Assembly: GCA_965644295.1 (NCBI GenBank)
Contig: CBFFRP010000363.1
Location: forward strand, 310,001-374,000
Direction of reading: 5' to 3'
Length of the DNA stretch: 64,000 nucleotides
From: Paraphysomonas bandaiensis
Taxonomy: Eukaryota; Protista; Chrysophyceae
A program made the translations under genes and the position numbers. The notes under the pieces were generated by a model. That model ran no database searches, was not told where the DNA came from, and saw only the letters and a list, made by a program, of their open reading frames with translations. This document shows positions 11,326-21,658 of this stretch, in pieces. Position 1 is the first letter of the stretch; each line of letters begins with the position of its first letter.

Positions 11326-12465
11326 ATGATTCATTATACGATAATAATCATTATTTTATACTTCTGTACTTGGGTATTGCTTTGCACACATACACATATG
11401 TATGCAAGCCCACAGGATTTCAAGAAATCCAAAGCCGACGTGCCCAGACTTCAGCTTCCATCTACTCGCACGTTCTTGGAATGGAGCAGCTTCGAACCAG
11501 CCATGGAATACCGAACTCTAGTGGTCAGCAACCTGAAAATGACAGACGATACGGCGTTCTTCGGAATCATACATTACGTAATCAATGAATTGGGGTTTCC
11601 AATTCCACTCCCTACCCCGCAAGACCTCGCTACTTTCAGGGCAGCCGAGGATGCGCGAACTTGCTCAGATTTACCTGCTCCTACGGCGAGCAGAGTAATA
11701 CGAGCATTCGCCCTTGGCAGACCTGGGTACGAGGTCAGGCAGGGTATGGGTCAGAATGTCGCTGCTGATTCATGCATGCTCTCAGCGCCTCTTTGTTTTG
11801 ATCTCCATATTGAAACTGGCACCTCAGTTGACGACAAAGGGCGTCAACCAACAGAAAGTCGACACATTCAGTTGTCGCTGTTTCAAACTCCAAGAGAACA
11901 ATTCGTCGATCGCTCCACAGAGGAACCAACACTGGCACCCGTTGCTGCGATATATGGTTTGACTGCTGACTCGGCCAGAACTAGGCCTGCACACGCCTAC
12001 AGATTGCGGAATATACTGGACATGTTACTTCGGGCAGGAGGCTTTGCCACACTTCCCCCGTACGAAGTATTTTGGACTTTAACTCATTTCAAAGGCAAAA
12101 CGAGGGCTACAGACAAAACCTATCGCTATTATCAGATTCTGCTACTTCACCACCCTGCTCGGGACCAAAACTTAAGAACGCAATTCTACAAAGCACTATT
12201 CAACAACGAAGTTGGTGGACATGTAGAACTCAGCCTAGGCTCACTGTGTTGCCGAATGACAAGCAGTGAAACACCCTCGCTAAAGCAATCCAACTGGACT
12301 CCAACCCTTTTACTATTTCACATCGCCCTTAAGTCGGAAACACTCCTGCATCCCGTGCAAGTATGGAAGGCATGTGAAATAGTGAAAGGGTCGGAGTCCA
12401 GTTGGATTGCTTTAGCGATGGTGTTTCACTGCTTGTCATTCGGCAACAGAATTTGTGCTGATTAG
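11326..12465 (+). CDS. Intronless ORF of unknown function, probably retroelement-derived and 3'-truncated
   Basis: 379 open codons in a TE island, more GC-rich than the flanks. The last ~30 codons read through an inverted duplication directly into repeat copy C. No recognisable motif. Confidence 0.4.
   Translation: MIHYTIIIIILYFCTWVLLCTHTHMYASPQDFKKSKADVPRLQLPSTRTFLEWSSFEPAMEYRTLVVSNLKMTDDTAFFGIIHYVINELGFPIPLPTPQDLATFRAAEDARTCSDLPAPTASRVIRAFALGRPGYEVRQGMGQNVAADSCMLSAPLCFDLHIETGTSVDDKGRQPTESRHIQLSLFQTPREQFVDRSTEEPTLAPVAAIYGLTADSARTRPAHAYRLRNILDMLLRAGGFATLPPYEVFWTLTHFKGKTRATDKTYRYYQILLLHHPARDQNLRTQFYKALFNNEVGGHVELSLGSLCCRMTSSETPSLKQSNWTPTLLLFHIALKSETLLHPVQVWKACEIVKGSESSWIALAMVFHCLSFGNRICAD
12247..12448. 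repeat. 77-bp inverted repeat (3 mismatches) with a 48-nt loop
   Basis: tgttgccgaatgacaagcagtgaaacacc...ctatttcacat (12247-12323) is the reverse complement of 12372-12448. Confidence 0.95.
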
Positions 12466-12578
12466 TTATGGGTAGAGGTCTAACTAGTAGATCTAGCATT
12501 CAACTAGCCACTATATCGGAACGAGTTTTTAACGCCTACTGCTAAATAAAAAGACCTTCAATATGTATTTTAGTATAG
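12458..12578 (+). mobile_element. Dispersed repeat family copy C (3' tail only)
   Basis: ctgattagttatgggtagaggtctaactagtagatctagcattc...gcctactgctaaat...tattttagtata aligns by eye with 9222-9341. Confidence 0.75.
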
Positions 12579-13006
12579 TCAGACCGAGGTTTTCTAGGAT
12601 TGAGAACCAGAATTATCATTATTTTGGGCACTATGATATAGTTTAAAGTACGTGACAGATAACTTCGTCAACTGACAATATACGATATAATTTTTGTACA
12701 ACGCTCCAAGTGAAATAATATGATTTCTTAGGCATGTCCATGATATTTCTACTATGCATTATACAATCTGACGACAAGAAGCGCAATAATAAGTCCGAAT
12801 AAATTGTATAAACTTTATAATATTTTATAATTCAGTACTACATACCGAATATACCCAGTCATGGTAATAAACAAACCATTGAACACAAAGCACGTTACGA
12901 ATAACTATCATGATTCAATTTATGAACACAATGGTGGAGGTGAAAAATGTAGCAATAGAGATACAGTGCGGATAGCACTCATTTACCACACGTATCCCAG
13001 TACATA

Positions 13007-13352
13007 CTAGAAGCCTTTTATTTTGTGTACTTTGTCAAAAAGCGGGCACCTCGTCAACGCAAGCTTCTCCATGAAATCCTGCAGGGCATAGGCATAGAGT
13101 GACAAGTCGTATCGCTCGCTATCTCTAAATGACTTTATATCAGCTTCAGTCAATTCGTCGATACCAATATGAGTATAGTTTCCTTCTCTAAACATAATAT
13201 TGGGTAAGATACAAAGCTTTTACATCATTGAATACAAAACCATCATACAATACAACAATATCGAATAGAGCAAAGGCTTAATAATTTATATAGTATATGC
13301 ACACCCATTACCTGAATTTATTGAAGTGATATTCTTTAGGCGTTCCACCATA
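13007..13352 (-). pseudogene. 3' exons of a sulfotransferase-like gene (orphaned half)
   Basis: A 41-nt exon 13352-13312 (YGGTPKEYHFNKFR) splices in frame to 13187-13007 (EGNYTHIG...ERYDLSLYAYALQDF...). D..LY.YA...F is typical of the C-terminus of Golgi sulfotransferases. Confidence 0.65.
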
Positions 13353-13443
13353 CTAGCAAATATAATTACTGTGATAGTGCCCCATATTGACAGCGTAACT
13401 AATTACTGCGTGCGGCCCCCTAGTGGGTGCTGCCGAGTGCTGC

Positions 13444-13657
13444 GACCGCGCACCTCTATCTATGTACACATTGCTTAGTTCAGCAGTTCCCCACTCTGGG
13501 TTCTCACTGCATATTCAGCGCTGAATACCATGTGATAATGATGTAGCTAGTTGGGATCAGTAGGTAGCTAGCAAATAACGTGTGGGACTTAAATCAAGTA
13601 TTAGTTAGGTTCCCACCCGACCCCCATCCGAATCTACCTACTGTAAGGCCCGCGGTC
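13444..13657. other. Self-complementary multi-hairpin segment of unknown nature
   Basis: Pairs gaccgcg 13444-13450 / cgcggtc 13651-13657, cagtaggtag 13558-13567 / ctacctactg 13634-13643 and gtggga 13582-13587 / tcccac 13611-13616. A perfect 16-bp palindrome tattcagcgctgaata lies at 13512-13527. Confidence 0.45.
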
Positions 13658-15096
13658 TTTATTCAGACCAGGCCTGAAAACCTCAAAAAAACGACAAAAC
13701 CCACAGTGTGTAATTTGAAACCCCAGTTTTTATTGGTTAGAATTACACAGAAGGAAAACATCACTCATAGAAACAACTTTGAGATTTTTCGAAACAATCA
13801 GATCTGTGTAATTCTAATTACACAGGAGTAAACAGATTTTAAACCTATTTTTGAAGGCATCCATTCACAAAAGTCGGGTTTTATTTATGTAAGGCGACAG
13901 TGACAATGATATATACTTCCAGCATATCTTAAGACGCAGATACTAATAAGTAGAATAACCTGCAGTAGAAGCGATAGTACATCCTAGACAAATGGACCCA
14001 GCTGCATTACACCTCATAATGCAAGGACAAAACGAAAGGAATGTATTGGAAGAATGTCCACACTATCCAGAATACTCAACAATCTTATAGCTATACGACT
14101 TGGTTGGCGCAATCGAAACAGATGATGATGTCCTGATGCATACTGGACAAGCGCATGCATTAAAGATATTTTGAACCCTAGGGAAAAGAGTATTGTGACA
14201 ATGTCTGTTCAGACAAATCTGCTTTGGTGACATGAGTGTGACTGTCGGCCATGAACTATATCTGTTACTCTTGACCACCGAAGGTTGCTCTTTCATGTAA
14301 AATTTTTACTGCGATAGAGGAATAAATGAGCACAACAGGAAAACATAATCTCCACATGTGGAAGTGACATTGGTAGACTCGGTTTTGTTGACGTCAGGTG
14401 TGTACAACACCTGTATATGATATATGATACTCACATCTGTTGCCAGATAGCTCAAGGATAAATACAGTTCAGTAGATTTAATTCCTCTGATATTTTACAA
14501 GCTAAGTATGTTCGAAACTGAAGCTAGGGAACAATATACTATATATATATACTGAAGGTAGCTCACTATATATTGCCGTATATTGCCATCAATATAGCCC
14601 AGGTAATGACTTCATCATGACATTGATATGCATGCAAGACATCTACATATATATATGATAATAGTAATCAAGCACTCGCTATAGAAATGTCTGGTAACTG
14701 GATATAATGAAATGGCAGTGCATCCATCTCCCACACTGTAAAATTATAACGATCACGCATGCGTTTAATTTAGCTTGAGTTATACATTACGTATTTCCTT
14801 CAGTGCATATTGGGGATTGATTGTACTTGTAAGTACGTATACAAGGTTTCAACTACAATGAGAACACTGAATGTATCTTCCCTTATACAGTGATAATGAG
14901 TTATCATGATCAACTGTGTTAGACTGATGTGTTTGGTATTGAATATATGAATGATGTTCATTCCATTGATCACGGAATCGTAGGTAGACTTATATAATTA
15001 TAGATAATAAGATGAAATTTCTTTTCTCTGGAAGTTGCTTGTAGGTAGTGTTGTAGTTATAAACATATTCATTGTTATTAATTTATATTGATTATT

Positions 15097-15315
15097 ATGG
15101 ATGAGGAGATACTTGACCGAGAACGAGAGTCTGCTACTCTAGAGACAGTGAGGACAACTCTTAGGGTTATGCTAGGAGGATTAGATCCATCTATTGCCAA
15201 TGCAAGTGAAGAACAGATCAGGAATATAGGCGTTGGTTTTGGATTGGATGATACAGATGTAGAGATCTTTATCTCATCTTCATTACACATCTGTTATCTC
15301 TTTGTCTGTTTCTGA
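15097..15315 (+). CDS. Short helical ORF or exon, possibly a SAM-like header of the downstream NTPase gene
   Basis: MDEEILDRERESATLETVRTTLRVMLGGLDPSIANASEEQIRNIGVGFGLDDTDVEIFISS looks like real coding sequence within AT-rich DNA. The link to 16408 is not demonstrated. Confidence 0.3.
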   Translation: MDEEILDRERESATLETVRTTLRVMLGGLDPSIANASEEQIRNIGVGFGLDDTDVEIFISSSLHICYLFVCF

Positions 15316-15699
15316 TATATTATGTTGTGCTATTGAAGTGAGCAAAAGTGTGCAATATACGTGAAACCAACTAGTAGTTATAAGTGGTTAGATCAATAAC
15401 TCTAATTCTTTCTTGAAAGTACGTTGCGTGCAACAAAGCAATTCAGGTTTACGTGTTGAGCAAAGTTAATTTGAGTGTAATGTCAACATTCCCAACATCT
15501 ACAAACCTATTTCCCTGAAGCACTACCTACAAGATTACGCATATAACGTTTGGCTAAATAAAACCACGTTCTAAAAACATGGGCACAGAGAGACAAACAT
15601 AGCAGCTGGTTTGAGACGAGTTGCAGCATAGCGTCATCAAGACGCCCATCGTACCGGTTTGGTAAGTTAGAGATCGTCTGCTCTATTCACCGAGTGAAC

Positions 15700-15960
15700 T
15701 GCACACGTCTCCACCTCAAAAAGAAATAGACCTACATCCACGACATCAAAAGTAGATTCCGAGATCACTCGTTACATAGCCATGGATGTCATCGCAGTGC
15801 AAGACACACGACTCCCTAATCTACTTCTCACCCATGCTCGCTCGCTACCTCGACTTCAATCACGACGTCATTTTTCCTCCTGCGCACAGATATTTAACCC
15901 ATCAACAAGCACATACTCCACTACAGATGAAGATAGTTATCCAGTGGACATGTGCTGGCC
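15700..15960 (+). mobile_element. Degenerate non-LTR (LINE) retrotransposon AP-endonuclease fragment
   Basis: DVIAVQDTRL resembles the D(I/V)I.LQET motif of LINE ORF2 EEP endonucleases. The surrounding frames are broken. Confidence 0.5.
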
Positions 15961-16407
15961 ACAGATCCTGAAACTATTGTTACGGTCAAGATCCATAGCA
16001 TAAATAGCATTGCATCTATTGACTACACCAGCAATACTAATTCCATTTGCATCAATTCCATTTATGAGAAGTTTAATACCCATTTCTGTATATATAGATA
16101 TATGTGTGCATATATATGCCATCAGCATCTCAGCCTCTCATGGATTATAGTATACAGTACTGTATTCTCCTCCATATACAATTCACTGTACATCTACCCC
16201 ATATCCTATAAGATAATATAATAATATATAAACGAGTCTACACTTCTGACTTTCATCTCACCTAAACTTCTCCTATACGCAGTCATTACACTGCGACACA
16301 TATGGGGGTTATATATATGGATATGGTATATAACTATAATGGGTGGATGTTTATTTCATTCAGTTAAGTGAAACAGCCTTGTATTATATATTATAGAGCA
16401 TAATCTG

Positions 16408-18360
16408 ATGAACTCATTTATTCCAATCATTGACTGTCCTGATGAAACTATTAAGCATGCCAGAGAATTGTTGTTTAAGGATGATTGTGATCATGACGCC
16501 AATGATTCAGATTTGACTTATGTTTGCAATCGAGCCAAGGGGCTCGTCAAGCGTTTAAAGTCATCAACTGATGTTGAATCCTTTGCTTCTACATTTCTTG
16601 ATTGTTGGGATTTTTTCAGTGGATCACAGGTATCTAAAGTGTTAAAATTTCGACTACCGCCAAAATATCCCTCCGAAACAACAGACTCGATTTTCTCTGT
16701 TCTTTGTCCACTGTTCACAATGGCCACAGCAATCTCACAAGGAAAACGCCGTGAAGTAGGAACTGGCAACAGCACGTTGTATGTTGGTCCTGTAGGAATT
16801 GGGAAAACGTCTATTATGATTGTTGCTCATGTGATCACGTCTCTTCTTCTCTCGGATTGTGTCATTTCGTTATATTGCGAATACGACGATGAAGACTTAC
16901 TTAATGCGCCAACTCCTTTTTCACTTCTTCAAGCTGAAGTTCCCGATTATAATGGTTGCAGTGATATCAAACAACTGCTTTCTTGGATCAATAACAATGC
17001 AGATCATCCTAAAGCAGTAGTTTTCTTTGCCGATGAAATACACGCTCTTTACGTAAAAAAGAGCAGTAATGACAATTCTGTTGTAACCCATGCTGCTCAT
17101 ATTGTACGTGAGTTGGCAAAAATTGGGAAAAGTAGTTTCAACATAGGTGTGGCATCTGGCTCGAGTGTAAACACTGAAGGATATGCACTTCGCCCGCAGG
17201 ATTATGGTTTCATAGGCTACAGAACTCTAAACAATAGCGTGTACAATGTACACAACATTTCTCCTATTCGAGATAAAGGTAAGTGTATCGAGCTTTCCAA
17301 ACTTATTTTCCAGAAACCAGATCTGAGTGAGGAAGTGACTCAGAAGTTGTTCCTTCAGTCGGGAGGGGTTGGACGGAGGATAATTGATAAAAGCTCCAGC
17401 GAATTCATTCCGAGGGCTCTCCCTAAGACTTACTACTTGGATCCTGCACTTGGAGAAATCATACGAGAGATGTATCTTCATGTGGCAGGCCGTCTGCGTC
17501 GTGGCGCTTTTGATCCTTGGGCACACAGCCACTCACTCGCTACCCACCGTGTACTGGAAATTATCAAAGTGCACCACGGAGATTGTAATGTGCAACGAAG
17601 ACTATCGTTATATCGGGAGGAGTCGATACTGTTTCAATGTCCATACCAAGCGGACAAGGTGGAACTGCTAGAACCGGGTATGTTGTACTCCGTCGACGCC
17701 ACTGTTGGTTCTGATTTGACGAAATTTGAGATGTATGCTCTCGAAGGAATCTTAACAGGATGGAGCGACACCAGAACTTTAACAGAACCTTCTCCTGGGC
17801 ATTGCGTTGAGCGTCCTCTTCTACAAATAATTGCAGAGCATAGGCTATTTGCACAGTTAGTAGACGAGTGCCCTTGCGTGTATATCTCACAACTTCGTTC
17901 GTTTTTGGAAGACGATATTGTTGATTTGAGAGGTCCTAACATGAACTTCACAATTCGAACCGGGCACAAATGCTTTGTAGGAATCGATGGATTTATGTTT
18001 GCGCCAATTGAAGACAATCAGTTCTCCTTGTTCCTTATTCAAATCAAAACGGGCAAGCTTAATATGGAAATAAGCGAAAGTGAAATGAAGAAATACATCG
18101 AGAAAGCTGGCGCAGGGATTGCAAAACTTATGAAAATGGTAACACGAACAACGGAACCGTTGAAAATTGTTGTAGAAGAGTTTCTTTTTCTTACTACGAA
18201 GCGCTTAACTGATGATGCTCGTACCTATGTTTCTAACCCTATGTGCTTGCAGTTTTTGCAGCGGAGTATTCCTGTAACAATTATCGAACAAAATCGTGTG
18301 CTTTCGTGCTTCTCGGATAAGACTTTGGTCGATAGATTGCAAAAATGGCTGCAACATTAA
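16408..18360 (+). CDS. P-loop NTPase fused to a C-terminal PD-(D/E)xK restriction-endonuclease-fold domain (Crinkler/RHS CR-NTPase+REase architecture)
   Basis: Walker A LYVGPVGIGKTS, Walker B VVFFADEIH and a GGVGRR motif. These are followed by GHCVE, FVGIDG and LFLIQIKTGK (E...D...QxK nuclease pattern). 650 uninterrupted codons. Confidence 0.8.
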   Translation: MNSFIPIIDCPDETIKHARELLFKDDCDHDANDSDLTYVCNRAKGLVKRLKSSTDVESFASTFLDCWDFFSGSQVSKVLKFRLPPKYPSETTDSIFSVLCPLFTMATAISQGKRREVGTGNSTLYVGPVGIGKTSIMIVAHVITSLLLSDCVISLYCEYDDEDLLNAPTPFSLLQAEVPDYNGCSDIKQLLSWINNNADHPKAVVFFADEIHALYVKKSSNDNSVVTHAAHIVRELAKIGKSSFNIGVASGSSVNTEGYALRPQDYGFIGYRTLNNSVYNVHNISPIRDKGKCIELSKLIFQKPDLSEEVTQKLFLQSGGVGRRIIDKSSSEFIPRALPKTYYLDPALGEIIREMYLHVAGRLRRGAFDPWAHSHSLATHRVLEIIKVHHGDCNVQRRLSLYREESILFQCPYQADKVELLEPGMLYSVDATVGSDLTKFEMYALEGILTGWSDTRTLTEPSPGHCVERPLLQIIAEHRLFAQLVDECPCVYISQLRSFLEDDIVDLRGPNMNFTIRTGHKCFVGIDGFMFAPIEDNQFSLFLIQIKTGKLNMEISESEMKKYIEKAGAGIAKLMKMVTRTTEPLKIVVEEFLFLTTKRLTDDARTYVSNPMCLQFLQRSIPVTIIEQNRVLSCFSDKTLVDRLQKWLQH

Positions 18361-18954
18361 TTCCGTCCCGAATTAATGTGAACAGTTATGAAAATCGTTT
18401 TCATTATTATTACCTCATTGGTATTCACAGTGTTTACCGGTATACCCTGAAAGGGTATGATAACACTACATTTTCAACCTATGCTATTATTATTTTCAAC
18501 TTCTACGTGTAATTATTGTTTTTAGTAGCCGAACGATAAGTGTACACAATGTCAAGTTATGACACAATTGGATGATTTGCTAAATTAACTCTGGACGTGT
18601 ATTCACTCATTAATCTTATTATAAATATTATACAGGGCTAACCATAAGTGAAAACCATAAGTAGCTTTTTTTTCGTTTTTTTGTCCCCTCTCAAAGGATA
18701 ATTACGGGATTTTGTTGTACCAACTTATTAGGATTCAGCTTAATGCATGACAGTACCTGTGAGTTATAATGTTCAATGAAATATATCATGAACTGAATTA
18801 GAAAGAGTATCTGTTGAAGATACATGATCGTCATCATAGCGATCGTCATTATCAGTACACTTCTAACTATTCCGTTTTGCAAGATAGTTATGTTTTATAT
18901 TGTTATTCATAATTCTCACTTCACTGTGTTCATTACTTTACACTCTAATAATCA

Positions 18955-19145
18955 CAGTAGTGAATGTCTGATTATTTAGCAATAGGCGTTGAGACCTTGC
19001 ATCAATTAGTGGCTAGAAGAATGCTAGTCATACTAGTTAGACCACTACCCGTAACTAATCAATACAAACTCTTTTATCCTACTATTTAACGCTACGAAAG
19101 CTGCTTGTGCGTCGCCGCAAGCACCAAGGTGCAACCACTTCCGTT
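18955..19145 (-). mobile_element. Dispersed repeat family copy D
   Basis: The reverse complement cggaagtggttgcaccttggtgcttgcggcgacgcacaagcagctttcgtagcgttaaatagtaggataaaa is nearly identical to 9140-9211. Confidence 0.85.
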
Positions 19146-19190
19146 CTTTTTGTGTGATATGAAATTCGCCTTTATCGTGTGTCCGTGGAC

Positions 19191-20396
19191 TCACCGGCGC
19201 TTTTGATCTGGGGGTCTCCCTTTGGGATGGGTCTCCATTGGTTTTGGAGGGGGCTCAGCATTCTGAATTAGGGTCCTGAGTGCACCTAGGTCCGATTTGC
19301 TGGGTCCGTCACCGCTGTTATCGGAGGAGAATTCCTTCCCCTGAAGGGCGTGGGAGGGATGGTTGATGGACCTGGCACGGTGGACTCCTTGCATTCCCTT
19401 GGAATGACATTGCAACACATTTTGGAGACGCATGATGACAAGGTCAGGAATTCTCTCGAGTAGCGCGTGTAGTTCCAACTCCACCGGGTATTTGGTGTCC
19501 AGGAAGAAGTGATCGTTGGAGCAAAACACATCATAAGATGGAAGGAATTGAGTTTGTGGAAGGAAGGAGGAATGGTGGGTGGACCAGTACGCCCAGTAAG
19601 GGAGAGGCGATAGTTTGTCTGTGGGTTTTCTAGGAGGAGGTAGAGTGTACTGTGTGTGTGTATGACACTGCAGTGGTGTTATGAGTGTGTTGGACAGAGA
19701 GAGAGAGCTGGAGATGTGTCCAACAGTACCGGTATACAGGTACATGGACATGGTGATGTGTCCAACAGTACAGGTATACAGGTACATGGACATGGTGATG
19801 TGTCCAACAGCAGTAGAGGTATACACGGAATGGTATACATCCTGTAGGACACAGTAGTACAGTAGTCGAGTAAACCGTATGCGGAATACAGTGTCTATCC
19901 AATGAGATGGATGGGCTGTGGGGGTGATAGGTGAACAGGGTGAGGGGGTAGCCTGCTGGGTGGATGGACCACAGACAAACCATGTTGGGTTGGGCTGAGT
20001 GGGCGGCAGAAGGCAGCCCTGTTGCACAGTTGAGAGGGATCGAGAGTATTCAGTGATTGCATAGGGGGTCCATGGGGGTCGTTTTCGTGAGCCTGCTCGC
20101 ACGAGCCATGTTCTGAGAGGTTGTAGCCGTAGAAAGCGATGGGTGAGACGAAGTTGTCTGCTGAGGGGATAGCACGTAGGTGCGGTCAGCGCTGCATTGG
20201 TGCAGGCACGTGGTTTAACTGAAGTAGTTGAGTAGGGTGAAGGTTGCAAGGCCAGGCAGGGGGGCTTGGAGCGTGTACAACATGGTGTGACAGGTAATTT
20301 GTCGGAAGCGTGGTGGTCAACAAAATGCAGCAGTAAGGGAGTGTAAAAGGCCCTGGGCACACTGATGTGACTCAGCCACAGTCTCAATAGAGACAT
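19191..20396 (-). mobile_element. Degenerate, probably retroelement-derived ORF region ending ...GRPPDQKRR, followed by repeat copy D
   Basis: C-rich coding-like strand in which only the last ~140 aa look natural. The middle is a minisatellite and simple repeats. It has the same sense as copy D and lies 46 bp upstream of it. Confidence 0.4.
19713..19825. repeat. 42-bp minisatellite, about 2.5 units
   Basis: gatgtgtccaacagtac(c/a)ggtatacaggtacatggacatggt at 19713 and 19755, with a partial unit at 19797. Confidence 0.92.
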
Positions 20397-20513
20397 TGGG
20401 CTTGGAGCTGGTTAATAGAGTGAAACTTTATGTTGGACTGTATTTGCCATCGTAGGGCAGAGAATTTAATAATCACAACATTGTTTTATTATTATAAAGA
20501 TCAATTCTTTATT

Positions 20514-21658
20514 TGGTAGCGAGATGTCAGTTAAAGTTACGACTCAACCGACTCGGATTCGACAACCGACAAGCGAAAAGACTCAATGCCGAAATTCGAT
20601 GCGAAGAACTTCTCCAGGTGGCAGAAGAAGTGCCGCGCATGGTTCTATCGCAAGCCTAAGATCGTTTATACTCTACAAAACGATCACCCTGTTGGAATAC
20701 ACACGTTAGCATTGGAATACGTATGTCTCTCTAAGATAGTTCTATGGAATACGGTGAATACAATGTGAGAAACTGTAATACGTAGTCAAACATACTATAG
20801 CTATATCTGTGAAACTGAAGTATTGTACCACGACTGTACAAGATACGGAAGTTGATCAGTGGATGATATGAACAAATTCTTTTATCATGTTGTTGATGAG
20901 TTTTACTTGACAACACAATTGTGTATACAATTATAATAACATAATCTATCTAGTTTGATTAACTGTAACTTCTCTTGAAAAGGTCTTAAGTGTCTAAAAT
21001 GGTCAATTGTCAATATGATAGCGGATGCGGAGGAGAGAAGGAAGATAGAGCTGATGTTCCAATGTTCGACGAGAGCAACGTTGAGCAATGGATCGAGGAT
21101 TTTGAGATGTTCCTTATGCGGAAGGAACAGAGCGAGGTGGCTCTGGAAAGGCCACCAGAGAAAGAGGACTTCGGACTTCAACCCCTGAACAGTTTTGAGA
21201 CCAAGTCCTACATGGAAGCGGTGGAAAAGTATAGGAAGGCTAATGCAATAGCCTATTCATACTGCAGAGAGGCAGTGAAGTGATCCCCGAAGGCATTGCA
21301 AAAGTTCCATCTCAAGCACAAGGAATTCAAGGCAGCCGAAGGGAGGGTAAACAAGTTCAGCGCAAGAGAGATGGTCAGCACCTTGAAATTGTGTTTTGAA
21401 GGAGGAAGGCACAATAAGGTTAGTGGTCTCCTTGCTCAGTTTGGATCATTTGAGATGAAGCCGGGGGAGACCGCAAAAGAATATGTACTGCGTTTTGAGC
21501 TGCTTCTTCGTGAACTTCAGGCGTATAACCAAACGGTAACGGAAGATGCAAAGATCAGTCGTCTGAAGGAGGGCATTATCAGTAAGGAGTATGCGGGTTT
21601 GAATTATGCCATGTATGTAATGCCTGATGATATATCATATGAATTGTTAATGAATTGA
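20514..21658 (+). mobile_element. Ty1/Copia-type LTR retrotransposon gag remnant(s), with a candidate tRNA-iMet primer-binding site
   Basis: TGGTAGCGAG at 20514-20523. Two gag N-terminal motifs (MPKFDAKNFSRW, VPMFDESNVEQW). UBN2-like FEMKPGETAKEYVLRFELLLRELQAYNQTVTEDAKISRLKEG. In-frame TGA at 21281-21283 and truncation at 21658. Confidence 0.75.

Noticed and set aside
13990-14400. Missing middle exons of the sulfotransferase
   Set aside because: No sulfotransferase-like sequence was recognised, and the frames checked contain stops. The segment stays unassigned.
19713-19825. 42-bp repeats as a CRISPR array
   Set aside because: Head-to-tail units without spacers; an ordinary minisatellite.
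21281-21283. In-frame TGA in gag as readthrough or an alternative genetic code
   Set aside because: Host genes end in TGA, TAA and TAG normally, and the element is truncated, so a nonsense mutation is the simpler explanation.
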